Assembly: GCA_038844785.1 (NCBI GenBank)
Contig: JAWBRA010000014.1
Location: forward strand, 14,911 to 38,910
Direction: 5' to 3'
DNA: 24,000 bases
From: Candidatus Caldarchaeum sp.
GTDB taxonomy: Archaea > Thermoproteota > Nitrososphaeria_A > Caldarchaeales > Caldarchaeaceae
Shown here: piece after piece, positions 14,293 to 22,945 of the stretch
Layout: every line of letters starts with the position of its first letter
How positions within the stretch are numbered: position 1 is the stretch's first letter
Notes under the pieces: model-generated
What the model was told of the DNA's origin: nothing
Seen by the model: the letters and a program-made list of their open reading frames with translations, nothing else
Databases searched by the model: none
Translations under genes and position numbers: made by a program

Positions 14293-14765
14293 GGCTTACC
14301 TAGAATACTAGCCCGCATAACATCCCGACCACCCTCCTAAGCCCCCTCGACGTATAGCCTAACGCCGAAAGCCCTAACCCAAGGAGACATCCTGAGACAA
14401 TTCCTATCACAGAAGACGGCATAGGCCAACCCAAACTCTATCCACCACCAACGAACGGGAAGACCCAGACCATAGACCTTAAGTTGACAGTCCCGAAGAC
14501 TATGTCGTGTTGTTGGGGGAGATATGACATTACAGCAGGATAGAGGTATGTGTAAACCGTTGTTCTATTTAGAGGCTAAAGACGGGAGAGAGGTTAGAAT
14601 AGCCATATGGGTTGAAGACGGAACACCACATTTCAGCTATGGAGCCTCTGTTTATTCCTTCAGGCCGTCAGCCACAATATGACAGGGGAGAACAGTATTG
14701 TAGAAAATGCTGTCAAACCTTCCCCAACAGAGATAAATGTCCAAAACTGCAACAGAATATTAAGG

Positions 14766-14809
14766 AAAAAACCAAGAAGAAAAAAGAAAAACAACATCAC
14801 ATCAAAAAA
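14766..14809 (-). terminator. Cluster of oligo-T runs downstream of the Sm gene (candidate terminator of the ileS/Zn-ribbon/Sm unit)
   Basis: Plus-strand A6 (14804-14809), A5 (14787-14791), A6 (14780-14785) and A6 (14766-14771) read as T-runs on the minus strand. They begin ~52 nt after the Sm stop (14861-14863). Confidence 0.5.
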
Positions 14810-14860
14810 TCTAATTATAAGGCGGACGATCTTCCAGACTGATCCATCGGCCCCCAGACA

Positions 14861-15115
14861 TTATTTTTCACCCAAAACTAAGTACATTATGTTGTTGCCT
14901 CTTATCAAAACCTTCGGGTAGCCGGCTGTTTTGCTGTCACCATGGTATTCGACAACGTGTTCAAGCAGAAGGTTCATGTACCCGTCGCATTCAACCATCA
15001 ACCCTTCATATCTGACCTCGTTTTTGAGAAAAACTTTAACAGGCTTGTTGAGGTTCCGCATGATTGTTGAAAGGGGTTTGACGGATTCCAAAACTTCAGC
15101 ACCGCAACATAGCAT
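14861..15115 (-). CDS. Sm-like (LSm) archaeal protein
   Basis: 'PLSTIMRNLNKPVKVFLKNEVRYEGLMVECDGYMNLLLEHVVEY...VLIRGNNIMYL' carries Sm1/Sm2 motifs. The maximal ORF (15181) would overlap the upstream gene. ATG 15115, giving 84 aa, fits the usual size of Sm proteins. Confidence 0.85.
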   Translation of the reverse strand: MLCCGAEVLESVKPLSTIMRNLNKPVKVFLKNEVRYEGLMVECDGYMNLLLEHVVEYHGDSKTAGYPKVLIRGNNIMYLVLGEK

Positions 15116-15132
15116 GTAAAGGTGAGATAATT

Positions 15133-15810
15133 TTAACTTGTAGGGCTTGCAAGCCTCAGCTCGCTGAAGCAGACGGTGCACACGATGTTTTCACCTATCT
15201 TCATAGATTCGTCCAAGGGGGCGCCGCATACAGGGCAGGGTATGGCTTTCGGGTCTGGTTTATAGAGTTCGGCTCCACACTGGCTGCATACTTTCGCACC
15301 CAGAACGTTAACCGCACCACAGGTTTTGCAAACCTCGTCAACACCCCGTGTCACAACCACTACTTTGCCAGCCACAGGCCCTGTCTGCAGCTCCTGCTCC
15401 GTCCCAGCAGGCTTTTGTTCAATCCTCGGCTTGGGCGGGGTTACGGTCCTAACCTCTATTGAGGGCCTTTCCTCGGAAATCATAGATTCAAGCTCTTTTT
15501 CAATCATGTCCAGCTCGTTTCTGGCTCTTGGAGCTTGTCTCAAAGGCCTTCTTACTGGGGATGGGGGTTGAGAGGGATATACAGGAGCTGACCGCATTCC
15601 CTTGACGAAAATCAAAAGCCCAGCTACTGTCACGGCCGCGCCTACAGCAGTTACAACCAACCCTGTTGGGAGGCCGGGGGCCAAAGGGTTGTCGTAAAAA
15701 CGTTGGATCGGTGAGTCATATCCTCCCGTCAGAAAAAGGGCTACGATGGGTAAAAGAACTACTAAGACGCCTACAACCCCCAAAGCGACGCCAACCTTCG
15801 GGTTAACCAT
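15133..15810 (-). CDS. Membrane protein with C-terminal double zinc-ribbon
   Basis: 225 aa with an ATG start. It has two N-terminal hydrophobic helices ('VGVALGVVGVLVVLLPIVALFL', 'GLVVTAVGAAVTVAGLLIFV'), a P/E-rich linker, and two CxxC...CxxC ribbons ('CKTCGAVNVLGAKVCSQCG', 'CPVCGAPL...CTVCFSEL'). Confidence 0.6.
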   Translation of the reverse strand: MVNPKVGVALGVVGVLVVLLPIVALFLTGGYDSPIQRFYDNPLAPGLPTGLVVTAVGAAVTVAGLLIFVKGMRSAPVYPSQPPSPVRRPLRQAPRARNELDMIEKELESMISEERPSIEVRTVTPPKPRIEQKPAGTEQELQTGPVAGKVVVVTRGVDEVCKTCGAVNVLGAKVCSQCGAELYKPDPKAIPCPVCGAPLDESMKIGENIVCTVCFSELRLASPTS

Positions 15811-15823
15811 TTTCGTAAACCGC

Positions 15824-18800
15824 TTACCCCAGCTGGTTATAAGTGTTACCGCCTAAGGTTTTGAAACCTATTCTCACAATCACACCGTCGACATCCCACT
15901 CCCTCGAAAAATAGCCGGGAGGCAAGGGAGTCTTTGTGTCTGAAAGCTTTATAGTAGACCTGGTCTCCTCCTCGATGAACGTTTTTTTCAGGCTTATGTG
16001 GTGGCGGAATGCTTCGTCGTCAATCTGTATGACGCATTCTATCCTGTCCAAGATATTCAGGTCAGCCTCCTTTCTCATCACTTGGACACGTCTTATTATT
16101 TCTTTGGCGGCTGAAACAGCTTCAAGCTCTTCAGACATCCTAAGGTCTACGTATACCTCGGCGTTGCCGTCTTCCGCCATTGAATAGTGTTCAGGCATTG
16201 TCTTTTTCAATATGAAGTATGTCTGGGGGAGAAAGACTTCGCCGTCGGACAGCTTAACCAATAAGCCGCCGGCATTCTCCAACTGCTGTTTAAGCTGCGT
16301 CCCATCGCTTCTTCTTAGGTATTCCAGCAGTTCAGGAAGCTTTCGACCTAGCTTTGGCCCCGCTTTGGAAAGGTCTGCCTCAACAACCCATCTGACGTCC
16401 TCAAAAACGGAGCCTGGCGGTAATACCTCGACTTTTTCAGCGTTGGCCGCCTCTTTTAGGAAGCCTTCAAAAGTCTTGACAGCCTCGTAGGTTTTCTGGT
16501 TTTTCGACACAACGATAACACGTGCAACAGGTGAACGGAGTTTCCTACCACCTTTTTGACGGGCCGCCAGCACAGCTGTCAAAACATCTTTGACGACATC
16601 CATTTTAGCGAGCAGTGTCTTGTCAAGCAGCTTTTCATCGGGCTGAGGCCATCTCTCCAAGTGTATGCTTTCCTTGTCATCCTCTTGCTTGACAAACTCG
16701 TACAAGGCGTCCGCTATAAATGGTGCGAAGGGAGCGAGTATCTGGAGTGTTTTCCTGAGAACGTAGTAGAGGCATGCATAGGCAGCCATTTTCTCACGCG
16801 TCTGTGTTTCAGCCCACGCAAGCCGTCTTACGGAACGGAGATAAGTCCTGCTTAAATCATCCGTAATGAAGGACAGTAGCTCTCGAGCAGCTCTATGTAT
16901 CTCCATTTCTTCGAGGCTTGAAGACATCTTCGATACAACGTCGTTAACCCTCGCCAAAATCCATCTATCTTCTGGTCTCAAAAAATCGAGATAGTTTTCT
17001 AGGCGGTGGGTTTTGGGGTCGAACTGGTCGAGCCTTGAGTATGTTGACGCGAAGACGAACACGTTCCAAAGTATGTTGAGGTTTTCAGCTGTTTGGAAAA
17101 CTTCAGACGGCACGAAGTTGATCGTGGTCCACACCTCGGCTTTGCTGGCAAGATAAATACGCAAGGGGTCGACGCCGAACCTTTCGAAGGCCTCCTCAGC
17201 CCAAACAACGTTCCCCCTAGACTTTGACATTTTCTTGCCGTATTCATCCAACACATGCCCCTGGTTTAAGACCGTTTTGTACGGTGGAATGCCCTCTAGT
17301 AAGGTGGATGTGAAAAGGAGGGTGTAAAACCATCCCCTAGTCTGGTCAATTGCTTCCGTCACAAAATCATAGGGATACAGCGTTCTGTAGAGCTGAGGGT
17401 TCTTCAACGCGTTTACGCTGGCGAAAAACGCAACACCGGAGTCCAGCCAAGTATCTAGAACAAAAGAGACGCGTCTCATCATCCCTCCGCATTCAGGACA
17501 TTTGAACACGTACATATCTATCCAAGGTCTGTGCATCCGCTGGATGGCTGGCTTCTCGACAGCGTCCTCAAGCTCGTTCCTCGAGCCTACGACCTTCTTA
17601 AAACCACAGTTCTCGCATTTCCAAACGTTTAAAGGAGTCCCCCATATCTTGCTCCGGGATATGCACCAGTCCTGAGCGTTGGCAAGCCAGTCTCCGAAAC
17701 GGTTTGTTCCAGCCCATTCAGGCCACCACTTAACCTTCTTATTGCCCTCTATCATTTTCTCCTTTATTTTCTCAACTTTTAAAAACCATTGGACGCTTGA
17801 AAGATATATCAACTTTCTCCCACATCTCCAGCAGTGTGGGTAGCTGTGCAGAATTTCACCCCGTTTGACGAGAAGGTTTTTGCGTTGAAGATCTTGTATT
17901 ATTTTCTCGGAGGCCGCTTCAACGTCGAGGCCGGAGTACGATCCTCCATCATCGGTAAAAACACCATTAGTTGAAACTGGGCAGAATATGTTTAACTGGT
18001 GTTTGAGGCCTAGTTCAAAGTCTTCTGGACCGTGGGCGGGGGCTATGTGGACAAACCCGCTGCCCTCCTCCAATGTTACATGCTCCGAGGAGATGATGAT
18101 GTGGCTGTGTTGCCTGTGAAAAGGAACTTCAACTGCTAATGGATGAATGTATCCTCTGCCTTCAAAATTTTTGCCCGGGATTGTTTTTCTGATTTTGAAA
18201 GAGGTAATGCCCGTCTCCGTAGCAAATTTGTCGAGGAGTTTCTCGGCGACATACCATGTTTCCCCGTCAACCTCAAGCTCTGCGTAGTCTGCTTCTGAAG
18301 CGACTGCGACAGCCTCGTTTCCTGGAAGTGTCCATGGGGTTGTTGTCCATATTATCACGTACCCGTCATCAACCAACGGTATCTTGACGTAAATAGAGGG
18401 GTCTGTGATCTCCTCATATCCCTGTGCAAGCTCGTGTTGAGATAAAGCTGTTTCACAGTGCGGGCATACTGGAACTACTCTCAGGCTTTCGACCAGGTTG
18501 CCGTCTTCGTATGCTTTCTTAAGCAAGAACCACACATGCTCCATGTATTCCTCTTTGCGTGTCTCGTATGCGTTGTCGTAGTCGAGCCAGAGGCCGAGCC
18601 TTTCGCTTGCTCTCCTCCAGTGCTCTATATAGTGGTCAACTAATTTGTTGGCTTCTTCGACGAACTTTTCAAGCCCTATCTTCTCAACGTCTTTTTTGCT
18701 TGTTATTCCAAGCCTTTTTTCAACTTCAATCTCCGTAGGTAGGCCTTGACAGTCCCATCCAGCCCGCCTCCAGACGTCGTATCCTTGCATGGACTTGTAG

Positions 18801-19027
18801 CGCAGCACGATGTCTTTGTATACCCTACCCCTTGTATGTCCCACATGCATGTATCCGTTCACAGTCGGAGGCCCTTCCAGAAACGAGAACAATGGACCCC
18901 CCCTGTTCATCTCCATTGTTTTCTGCGGTATTTTGAGCCTCTCCCACTTTCTCAAGACTTCATGCTCGACAACCTTTGGGCCGTATCTCTTCAGCGTGGT
19001 CAGCTCCTTCATTACCCTGAAAATCAT
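15824..19027 (-). CDS. ileS: Isoleucyl-tRNA synthetase
   Basis: 1067 aa with a class I HIGH-type motif 'HVGHTRG' and 'KMSKSRGN', a CP1 editing-domain-sized insertion, and zinc-type Cys pairs ('CPHCETAL', 'CWRCGRKL', 'CENCGF...CPECGG'). Confidence 0.95.
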   Translation of the reverse strand: MIFRVMKELTTLKRYGPKVVEHEVLRKWERLKIPQKTMEMNRGGPLFSFLEGPPTVNGYMHVGHTRGRVYKDIVLRYKSMQGYDVWRRAGWDCQGLPTEIEVEKRLGITSKKDVEKIGLEKFVEEANKLVDHYIEHWRRASERLGLWLDYDNAYETRKEEYMEHVWFLLKKAYEDGNLVESLRVVPVCPHCETALSQHELAQGYEEITDPSIYVKIPLVDDGYVIIWTTTPWTLPGNEAVAVASEADYAELEVDGETWYVAEKLLDKFATETGITSFKIRKTIPGKNFEGRGYIHPLAVEVPFHRQHSHIIISSEHVTLEEGSGFVHIAPAHGPEDFELGLKHQLNIFCPVSTNGVFTDDGGSYSGLDVEAASEKIIQDLQRKNLLVKRGEILHSYPHCWRCGRKLIYLSSVQWFLKVEKIKEKMIEGNKKVKWWPEWAGTNRFGDWLANAQDWCISRSKIWGTPLNVWKCENCGFKKVVGSRNELEDAVEKPAIQRMHRPWIDMYVFKCPECGGMMRRVSFVLDTWLDSGVAFFASVNALKNPQLYRTLYPYDFVTEAIDQTRGWFYTLLFTSTLLEGIPPYKTVLNQGHVLDEYGKKMSKSRGNVVWAEEAFERFGVDPLRIYLASKAEVWTTINFVPSEVFQTAENLNILWNVFVFASTYSRLDQFDPKTHRLENYLDFLRPEDRWILARVNDVVSKMSSSLEEMEIHRAARELLSFITDDLSRTYLRSVRRLAWAETQTREKMAAYACLYYVLRKTLQILAPFAPFIADALYEFVKQEDDKESIHLERWPQPDEKLLDKTLLAKMDVVKDVLTAVLAARQKGGRKLRSPVARVIVVSKNQKTYEAVKTFEGFLKEAANAEKVEVLPPGSVFEDVRWVVEADLSKAGPKLGRKLPELLEYLRRSDGTQLKQQLENAGGLLVKLSDGEVFLPQTYFILKKTMPEHYSMAEDGNAEVYVDLRMSEELEAVSAAKEIIRRVQVMRKEADLNILDRIECVIQIDDEAFRHHISLKKTFIEEETRSTIKLSDTKTPLPPGYFSREWDVDGVIVRIGFKTLGGNTYNQLG

Positions 19028-19110
19028 GTCTGCTTTTTGCAGTCTTTAAAGGTTAACGATACTGATGTTGGGGGAACAGTTATAAGTTTCGACGGTCTTC
19101 ATCCATTGTC

Positions 19111-19602
19111 ATGAGCCATGTTCTGGACAAGCTGCCCAAGTTTCCAACCCCTTATCAGCCTTCTCGAGAAAGTCTGTTGAGGGTATGCGGCCTTGTGGCT
19201 CGAAAGCTTGAGCTTTCCATATCGGATGTTAAAAAGCTTCCGCGAACATCGCTTACCTTCGACTTTAACTGTGTTGAAGGATGGGCTGTGCCTCAAACCG
19301 AATGGCAAGGCGTGAAAGTAGGGACGGTTTTGAAGACGGCGGAACCTTATCCTGAAGCACGGTACGCTGTATTTAAGTCGGGCAACTACACTGAATGCTT
19401 CCCCCTGTCCGACACAGATGACATGCTAATCGCTTACATGTATCGTGGAAGGATGCTGGAGGTCGAGCATGGAGGCCCTTTCAGACTTGTGTTCCCAAAC
19501 CAAGCCTGCTACCAAAGTATCAAATGGCTCTCTGAAATCGAGCTGACGACGGATTATGTTGAGGGAACTGCGAAGAAGATAGCTTTGGCGAGAATCAAAT
19601 AA
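19111..19602 (+). CDS. Molybdopterin-binding oxidoreductase domain protein (sulfite-oxidase/MsrP-like, minimal)
   Basis: 163 aa. 'LELSISDVKKLPRTSLTFDFNCVEGWAV...WQGVKV' and 'HGGPFRLVFPNQACYQSIKWLSEIEL' match the core of the 'oxidoreductase molybdopterin binding' domain. It is shorter than typical family members. Confidence 0.7.
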   Translation: MSHVLDKLPKFPTPYQPSRESLLRVCGLVARKLELSISDVKKLPRTSLTFDFNCVEGWAVPQTEWQGVKVGTVLKTAEPYPEARYAVFKSGNYTECFPLSDTDDMLIAYMYRGRMLEVEHGGPFRLVFPNQACYQSIKWLSEIELTTDYVEGTAKKIALARIK

Positions 19603-20191
19603 GCTTCTCCAGCTCCTTCGCCATCTCCTCCCCAGACATCTCCGGCGTGAAGATTTTACGCAGGATTAAGTTTTTGTCTGCTACGTATATCAGGGCCGAG
19701 TGAGAGACGTAGGTTCCGCTGCCTGTTTTCTCAACCGGACTTACATGGTATTTTTCCCAGACCTTAGCAAGATCTTCCAGGCTTCCCGTCAACGCGGTTA
19801 TATGCGGGCTGAATGAAGACACGTAGGCCTCCAGAGCGTTAGGAGTATCTCTGTAAGGGTCTGTCGTTATGAACACCATGGCCACGTTGTCGACCTTGTT
19901 TCCTAAGAGCCTTTCAAGTTCTGCGTATTTTTTCAGAACCATTGGGCATAGGTCGGGGCAGTTGACGTAGCCGAAGAACAGTAGAACAACTTTCCCCCTC
20001 ATCGACTGCAGGCTGACCAACTCTCCGCGAGTGTTTCTGAGGATGAAAGATGGTAGAGGTTGACCGCTAACCAGCAATTCTGTCTCCGCAGGTTTGCCGA
20101 TGCCATCACCTGTGTAATTTGTGGCTAAAAAATAAGTCGCAACTATAATTATTGTCGCCAGCTGCGCTGCCAGCAGTTTTTTATTTTTCAT
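19595..20191 (-). CDS. SCO1/SenC-family copper chaperone (thioredoxin fold)
   Basis: 198 aa with an N-terminal membrane anchor, a 'CPDLCP' CxxxC copper motif, and a downstream conserved His ('YVSHSALIYV'). The start overlaps the 3' end of the upstream multicopper gene by 11 nt, which suggests an operon. Confidence 0.85.
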   Translation of the reverse strand: MKNKKLLAAQLATIIIVATYFLATNYTGDGIGKPAETELLVSGQPLPSFILRNTRGELVSLQSMRGKVVLLFFGYVNCPDLCPMVLKKYAELERLLGNKVDNVAMVFITTDPYRDTPNALEAYVSSFSPHITALTGSLEDLAKVWEKYHVSPVEKTGSGTYVSHSALIYVADKNLILRKIFTPEMSGEEMAKELEKLI

Positions 20192-21638
20192 GTTTCTTTG
20201 AAGATTTTTCGCCGACGAAGACTAGCAGGCTTAGAACACTCAAGCCAGCGGCGAATACTACGAAAGCGGTTAGGTCGACCGTGAATCCTATGCCTCCCCC
20301 AGCGGATATGCCAGCCGCTTGATAAGCTATTAACACTCCTTTCATGTAAGGATGAATTCCACAGACATACTGATACTCGCCTTCTTTCTCGATTTTGAAG
20401 CTGAACTTTTCAGCGTTCTTGAGTAAAGGTGACGCGAAAGAGACAGGGCCTTTGACCGCTGCGATGTTGTGCTGTCCCGTGATCTCGCCCGAGCCTATGC
20501 TCAAAACATCCTCATTCACCCACATCACGGTTGATCCTACGGGGACCCTTGCTATTTTCGGGTAGTAGCTGTTTCCAACAATTTGAATGACTGCTTTCTC
20601 GCCGGGAAGGTATGTATGCGCCTCATCCTGGGATGTGGGTTCGAACGGCGCTATAACCCGTTTAACCTTATCCGGCAGTGGAAAAGATGGGCCGTCAGGC
20701 TTGACCACAGGCAAAGCTGTTGCGTTGACAGAGGATGCGATTAACCCTACTGCGCCTTTTATGGCCTGCGTTCCAAACGCATGCGAGACTATGAGGAAGT
20801 TCCCTTCAGCGGGCACACGCCATTCGATAACGTATGAGTCTGTAGGTCCGACAGTCACCGTCTGCAACCCAACTTCAACGTTCGAGGGGTTTCCGCCTTT
20901 GTAGACATATTCCCATATACCTCCGACGGCGTGGAAGCTTGACGTCAGGCTAGGACCCACGTTCAGGAAATAGAACCTGACATAATCTCCGGGACGTGCA
21001 ATTATGGGGTTGTTGACGTAGCGGAAGACCTGGCCGTTGAACATTACGTAGACTGGTTTTCCATCGAAGAAGTCACGGCCGTTAAGGTATACTTCATGCT
21101 GGATCAGATATATTCTAATATCCGGCTCTTTACCCAGCTGACGTTCAAGAAGATAGCTTCCCTTGTTAGGCTCTACAACTATCATTCCATACATTCCGGC
21201 GAGCGTGTGCGTGAGTATTCCATGCCCGCCTGGAGCGCAGTGATACATATAGACGCCTGGAAAATCAGCTTTGAAAACAAGCCTGCCTTCACTCCCGGGG
21301 GCTATGTTTCCCACAAACTTGGAAGTCTGTGTATTCGCAGCATGTATCGAGAGACCGTGTGTGTACTGGCCTTGGTTTTTGACGATGATTTCGACAACAT
21401 CACCCTCATTCGCTACAATTAACGGGCCAGGCGAGGTTTTGTTGAAAACGAAGGCACGGAAAACTATTCCATCGTCGATCACCACATCGGCTTCTTCAGT
21501 AATTAAGAGAAAGGATTTATCAGGCTTTACGTTTGGAGGCGGGTTTCCCGGAACTCCTGCAGCATATTCAAACGCTGATGAAGGAGCTACGATCGCTAGC
21601 ATGCTTAGGAGTAAAGCCAGAAAACTTATGGTTCTCAC
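20181..21638 (-). CDS. Copper-containing nitrite reductase (NirK)-like multicopper protein with C-terminal cupredoxin domain and TM anchor
   Basis: 485 aa with a GTG start and a signal peptide 'MRTISFLALLLSMLAIVAPSSA'. NirK-type ligand motifs are 'THGLSIHAA', 'YHCAPGGHGILTHTLAGMYG', 'FHAVGG' and 'VSHAF'. An extra C-terminal blue-copper site 'CGIHPYMKG' is followed by a hydrophobic C-terminal helix. Confidence 0.8.
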   Translation of the reverse strand: MRTISFLALLLSMLAIVAPSSAFEYAAGVPGNPPPNVKPDKSFLLITEEADVVIDDGIVFRAFVFNKTSPGPLIVANEGDVVEIIVKNQGQYTHGLSIHAANTQTSKFVGNIAPGSEGRLVFKADFPGVYMYHCAPGGHGILTHTLAGMYGMIVVEPNKGSYLLERQLGKEPDIRIYLIQHEVYLNGRDFFDGKPVYVMFNGQVFRYVNNPIIARPGDYVRFYFLNVGPSLTSSFHAVGGIWEYVYKGGNPSNVEVGLQTVTVGPTDSYVIEWRVPAEGNFLIVSHAFGTQAIKGAVGLIASSVNATALPVVKPDGPSFPLPDKVKRVIAPFEPTSQDEAHTYLPGEKAVIQIVGNSYYPKIARVPVGSTVMWVNEDVLSIGSGEITGQHNIAAVKGPVSFASPLLKNAEKFSFKIEKEGEYQYVCGIHPYMKGVLIAYQAAGISAGGGIGFTVDLTAFVVFAAGLSVLSLLVFVGEKSSKKHEK

Positions 21639-21673
21639 GGCTTATCTTATACGTTAGAGTAAAAAAACAGGTT

Positions 21674-21690
21674 ATGCAACACTGTTGCAT
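21674..21690. promoter_or_regulatory. Candidate operator palindrome 1 (ATGCAAC-act-GTTGCAT)
   Basis: A perfect 7-3-7 palindrome in the divergent intergenic region. It lies just upstream, in the minus-strand sense, of a T7AC A/T box (21658-21667) placed ~25-30 nt before the GTG start at 21638. Confidence 0.4.
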
Positions 21691-21716
21691 TCATTATGGA
21701 ATAATTTAAGTGTTGA

Positions 21717-21732
21717 ATGCAATCTTTTGCAT
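21717..21732. promoter_or_regulatory. Candidate operator palindrome 2 (ATGCAA-tctt-TTGCAT)
   Basis: It shares the ATGCAA/TTGCAT half-sites of palindrome 1. It lies just downstream of an AATAATTTAAG A/T box (21700-21710), near the expected TSS of the HTH regulator gene. Confidence 0.4.
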
Positions 21733-21768
21733 ACGTTCGTTTTACGCAGGACCGTTGGTTTCTGGGAC

Positions 21769-22416
21769 ATGGTTTTAACCCACCATATAGTGGAACTGTT
21801 AGGTAGCTTGAGAAACACTCCTAGCCAGTTGACGATTGTAGTCAAAAACAGTAACTGTAAAGTTGTCCAGCGGCTGTTGTCAAAAAACCTGGAGGGTTCT
21901 TTCAAAAACATACGCGTGGGTGAAACTTTCTCCAGCCACTTAATCCATCTTTCAACACCGGTCGAGCTTGAACAACAAATGTTTACCGACATGACTGTTT
22001 ACAAGATGGGCCGTGACTTTCTGTGGGTTGACTCCCCGAGCTGCAAAGCCTGCAAGACGTTGTCTAAGAGTTCTGCAATCCCAACCAGCGTCATTCTAAT
22101 AAAGGGTTTGGGTGTGGTTTTTTCCTTTCTAACGCCTGGCCCCATTGTGTCGAAAAACATCTTGGAGAACATGCGGAAAGAGGGGCTTTCGGTCGATATT
22201 TTGAAGAGGTCTTCGTTAAACCTTAGGCAGGTTTTGACTAAGAAGCAGAGCGACGTTTTGTTCACAGCCATTTCTATGGGGTATTTCTCGCCCCAGAGAG
22301 ACCATAGTCTGAGCGACATAGCCGAAAGGCTTGGTCTGTCCAAGTCTACTGTCTCAAGGCATCTGAGGGCTGCGATAAGGAAGCTAGCTTTATCTCATCC
22401 TAGTGAAACTTTATAG
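21769..22416 (+). CDS. HTH_10 (bacterio-opsin-activator-type HTH) transcriptional regulator
   Basis: The C-terminal 'LTKKQSDVLFTAISMGYFSPQRDHSLSDIAERLGLSKSTVSRHLRAAIRKLA' is the classical archaeal HTH_10 module. The maximal ORF begins at TTG 21685 but would run through the promoter and operator elements. ATG 21769 gives 215 aa. Confidence 0.7.
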   Translation: MVLTHHIVELLGSLRNTPSQLTIVVKNSNCKVVQRLLSKNLEGSFKNIRVGETFSSHLIHLSTPVELEQQMFTDMTVYKMGRDFLWVDSPSCKACKTLSKSSAIPTSVILIKGLGVVFSFLTPGPIVSKNILENMRKEGLSVDILKRSSLNLRQVLTKKQSDVLFTAISMGYFSPQRDHSLSDIAERLGLSKSTVSRHLRAAIRKLALSHPSETL

Positions 22417-22912
22417 GCTGGCCCATTTTGCCGTGGAAAACTAGAGATTCCAGCGGCTGCCTGCTCTTCCTTCCCACCACCTTACGCTTGGGATAGCCGA
22501 ACCCTACGACACACGCTATGTGATATTCTGAGGGGATGGCGAACTTCTGCCTCATCGCCTTCTCATTGTAGCCTGTATATATCCTCGACCCAACCCCCCT
22601 GTTCCAAGCCGCCAGCTGCATGTGGGTAATAACCCGGCCCGCATCTATGAGATGCCATGGATACCTCGGCGAAGTCAAGACAATCACAGCACAGCTACAT
22701 TGAGAAACCCATTTGCCGCTTGTGCTTATTTCGGCAAGGGTTTTCAGATCCTCACGGTCGTCAACCAGTATGAACCGCCAGTGCTGGCTGTTTAGACCGC
22801 TGGGGGAAAGACGTGCTGCTTCAAAAATTTCTCGAACGATCTCCTCCGGGATTGGTCTGGAGTCGTATTCCCTAAGCTCAAGCCTTGTTTTTATCGCCTC
22901 GAAAACATCCAT
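22400..22912 (-). CDS. Nitroreductase-family protein
   Basis: 170 aa. 'FEAIKTRLELREYDSRPIPEEIVREIFEAARLSPSGLNSQHWRFILV' is the canonical nitroreductase N-terminus. Confidence 0.85.
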   Translation of the reverse strand: MDVFEAIKTRLELREYDSRPIPEEIVREIFEAARLSPSGLNSQHWRFILVDDREDLKTLAEISTSGKWVSQCSCAVIVLTSPRYPWHLIDAGRVITHMQLAAWNRGVGSRIYTGYNEKAMRQKFAIPSEYHIACVVGFGYPKRKVVGRKSRQPLESLVFHGKMGQPIKFH

Positions 22913-22945
22913 GGATTATCTTTGCTTTTACGGTAGTAAAAAGGC

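Noticed and set aside
14612-14842. 76-aa plus-strand ORF with a Cys cluster (YCRKCCQTF...KCPK) and a poly-Lys tail
   Set aside because: It has a TTG start, and its lysine-rich half is just the A-run cluster that reads as oligo-T terminators for the minus-strand Sm operon. It has no family resemblance. I leave it unannotated.
21672-21992. 106-aa minus-strand ORF, and the N-terminal 28 codons of the 21685 ORF
   Set aside because: The minus-strand ORF is antisense to the HTH_10 regulator and is not protein-like. The TTG-initiated extension of the regulator would cover the promoter and operator palindromes.
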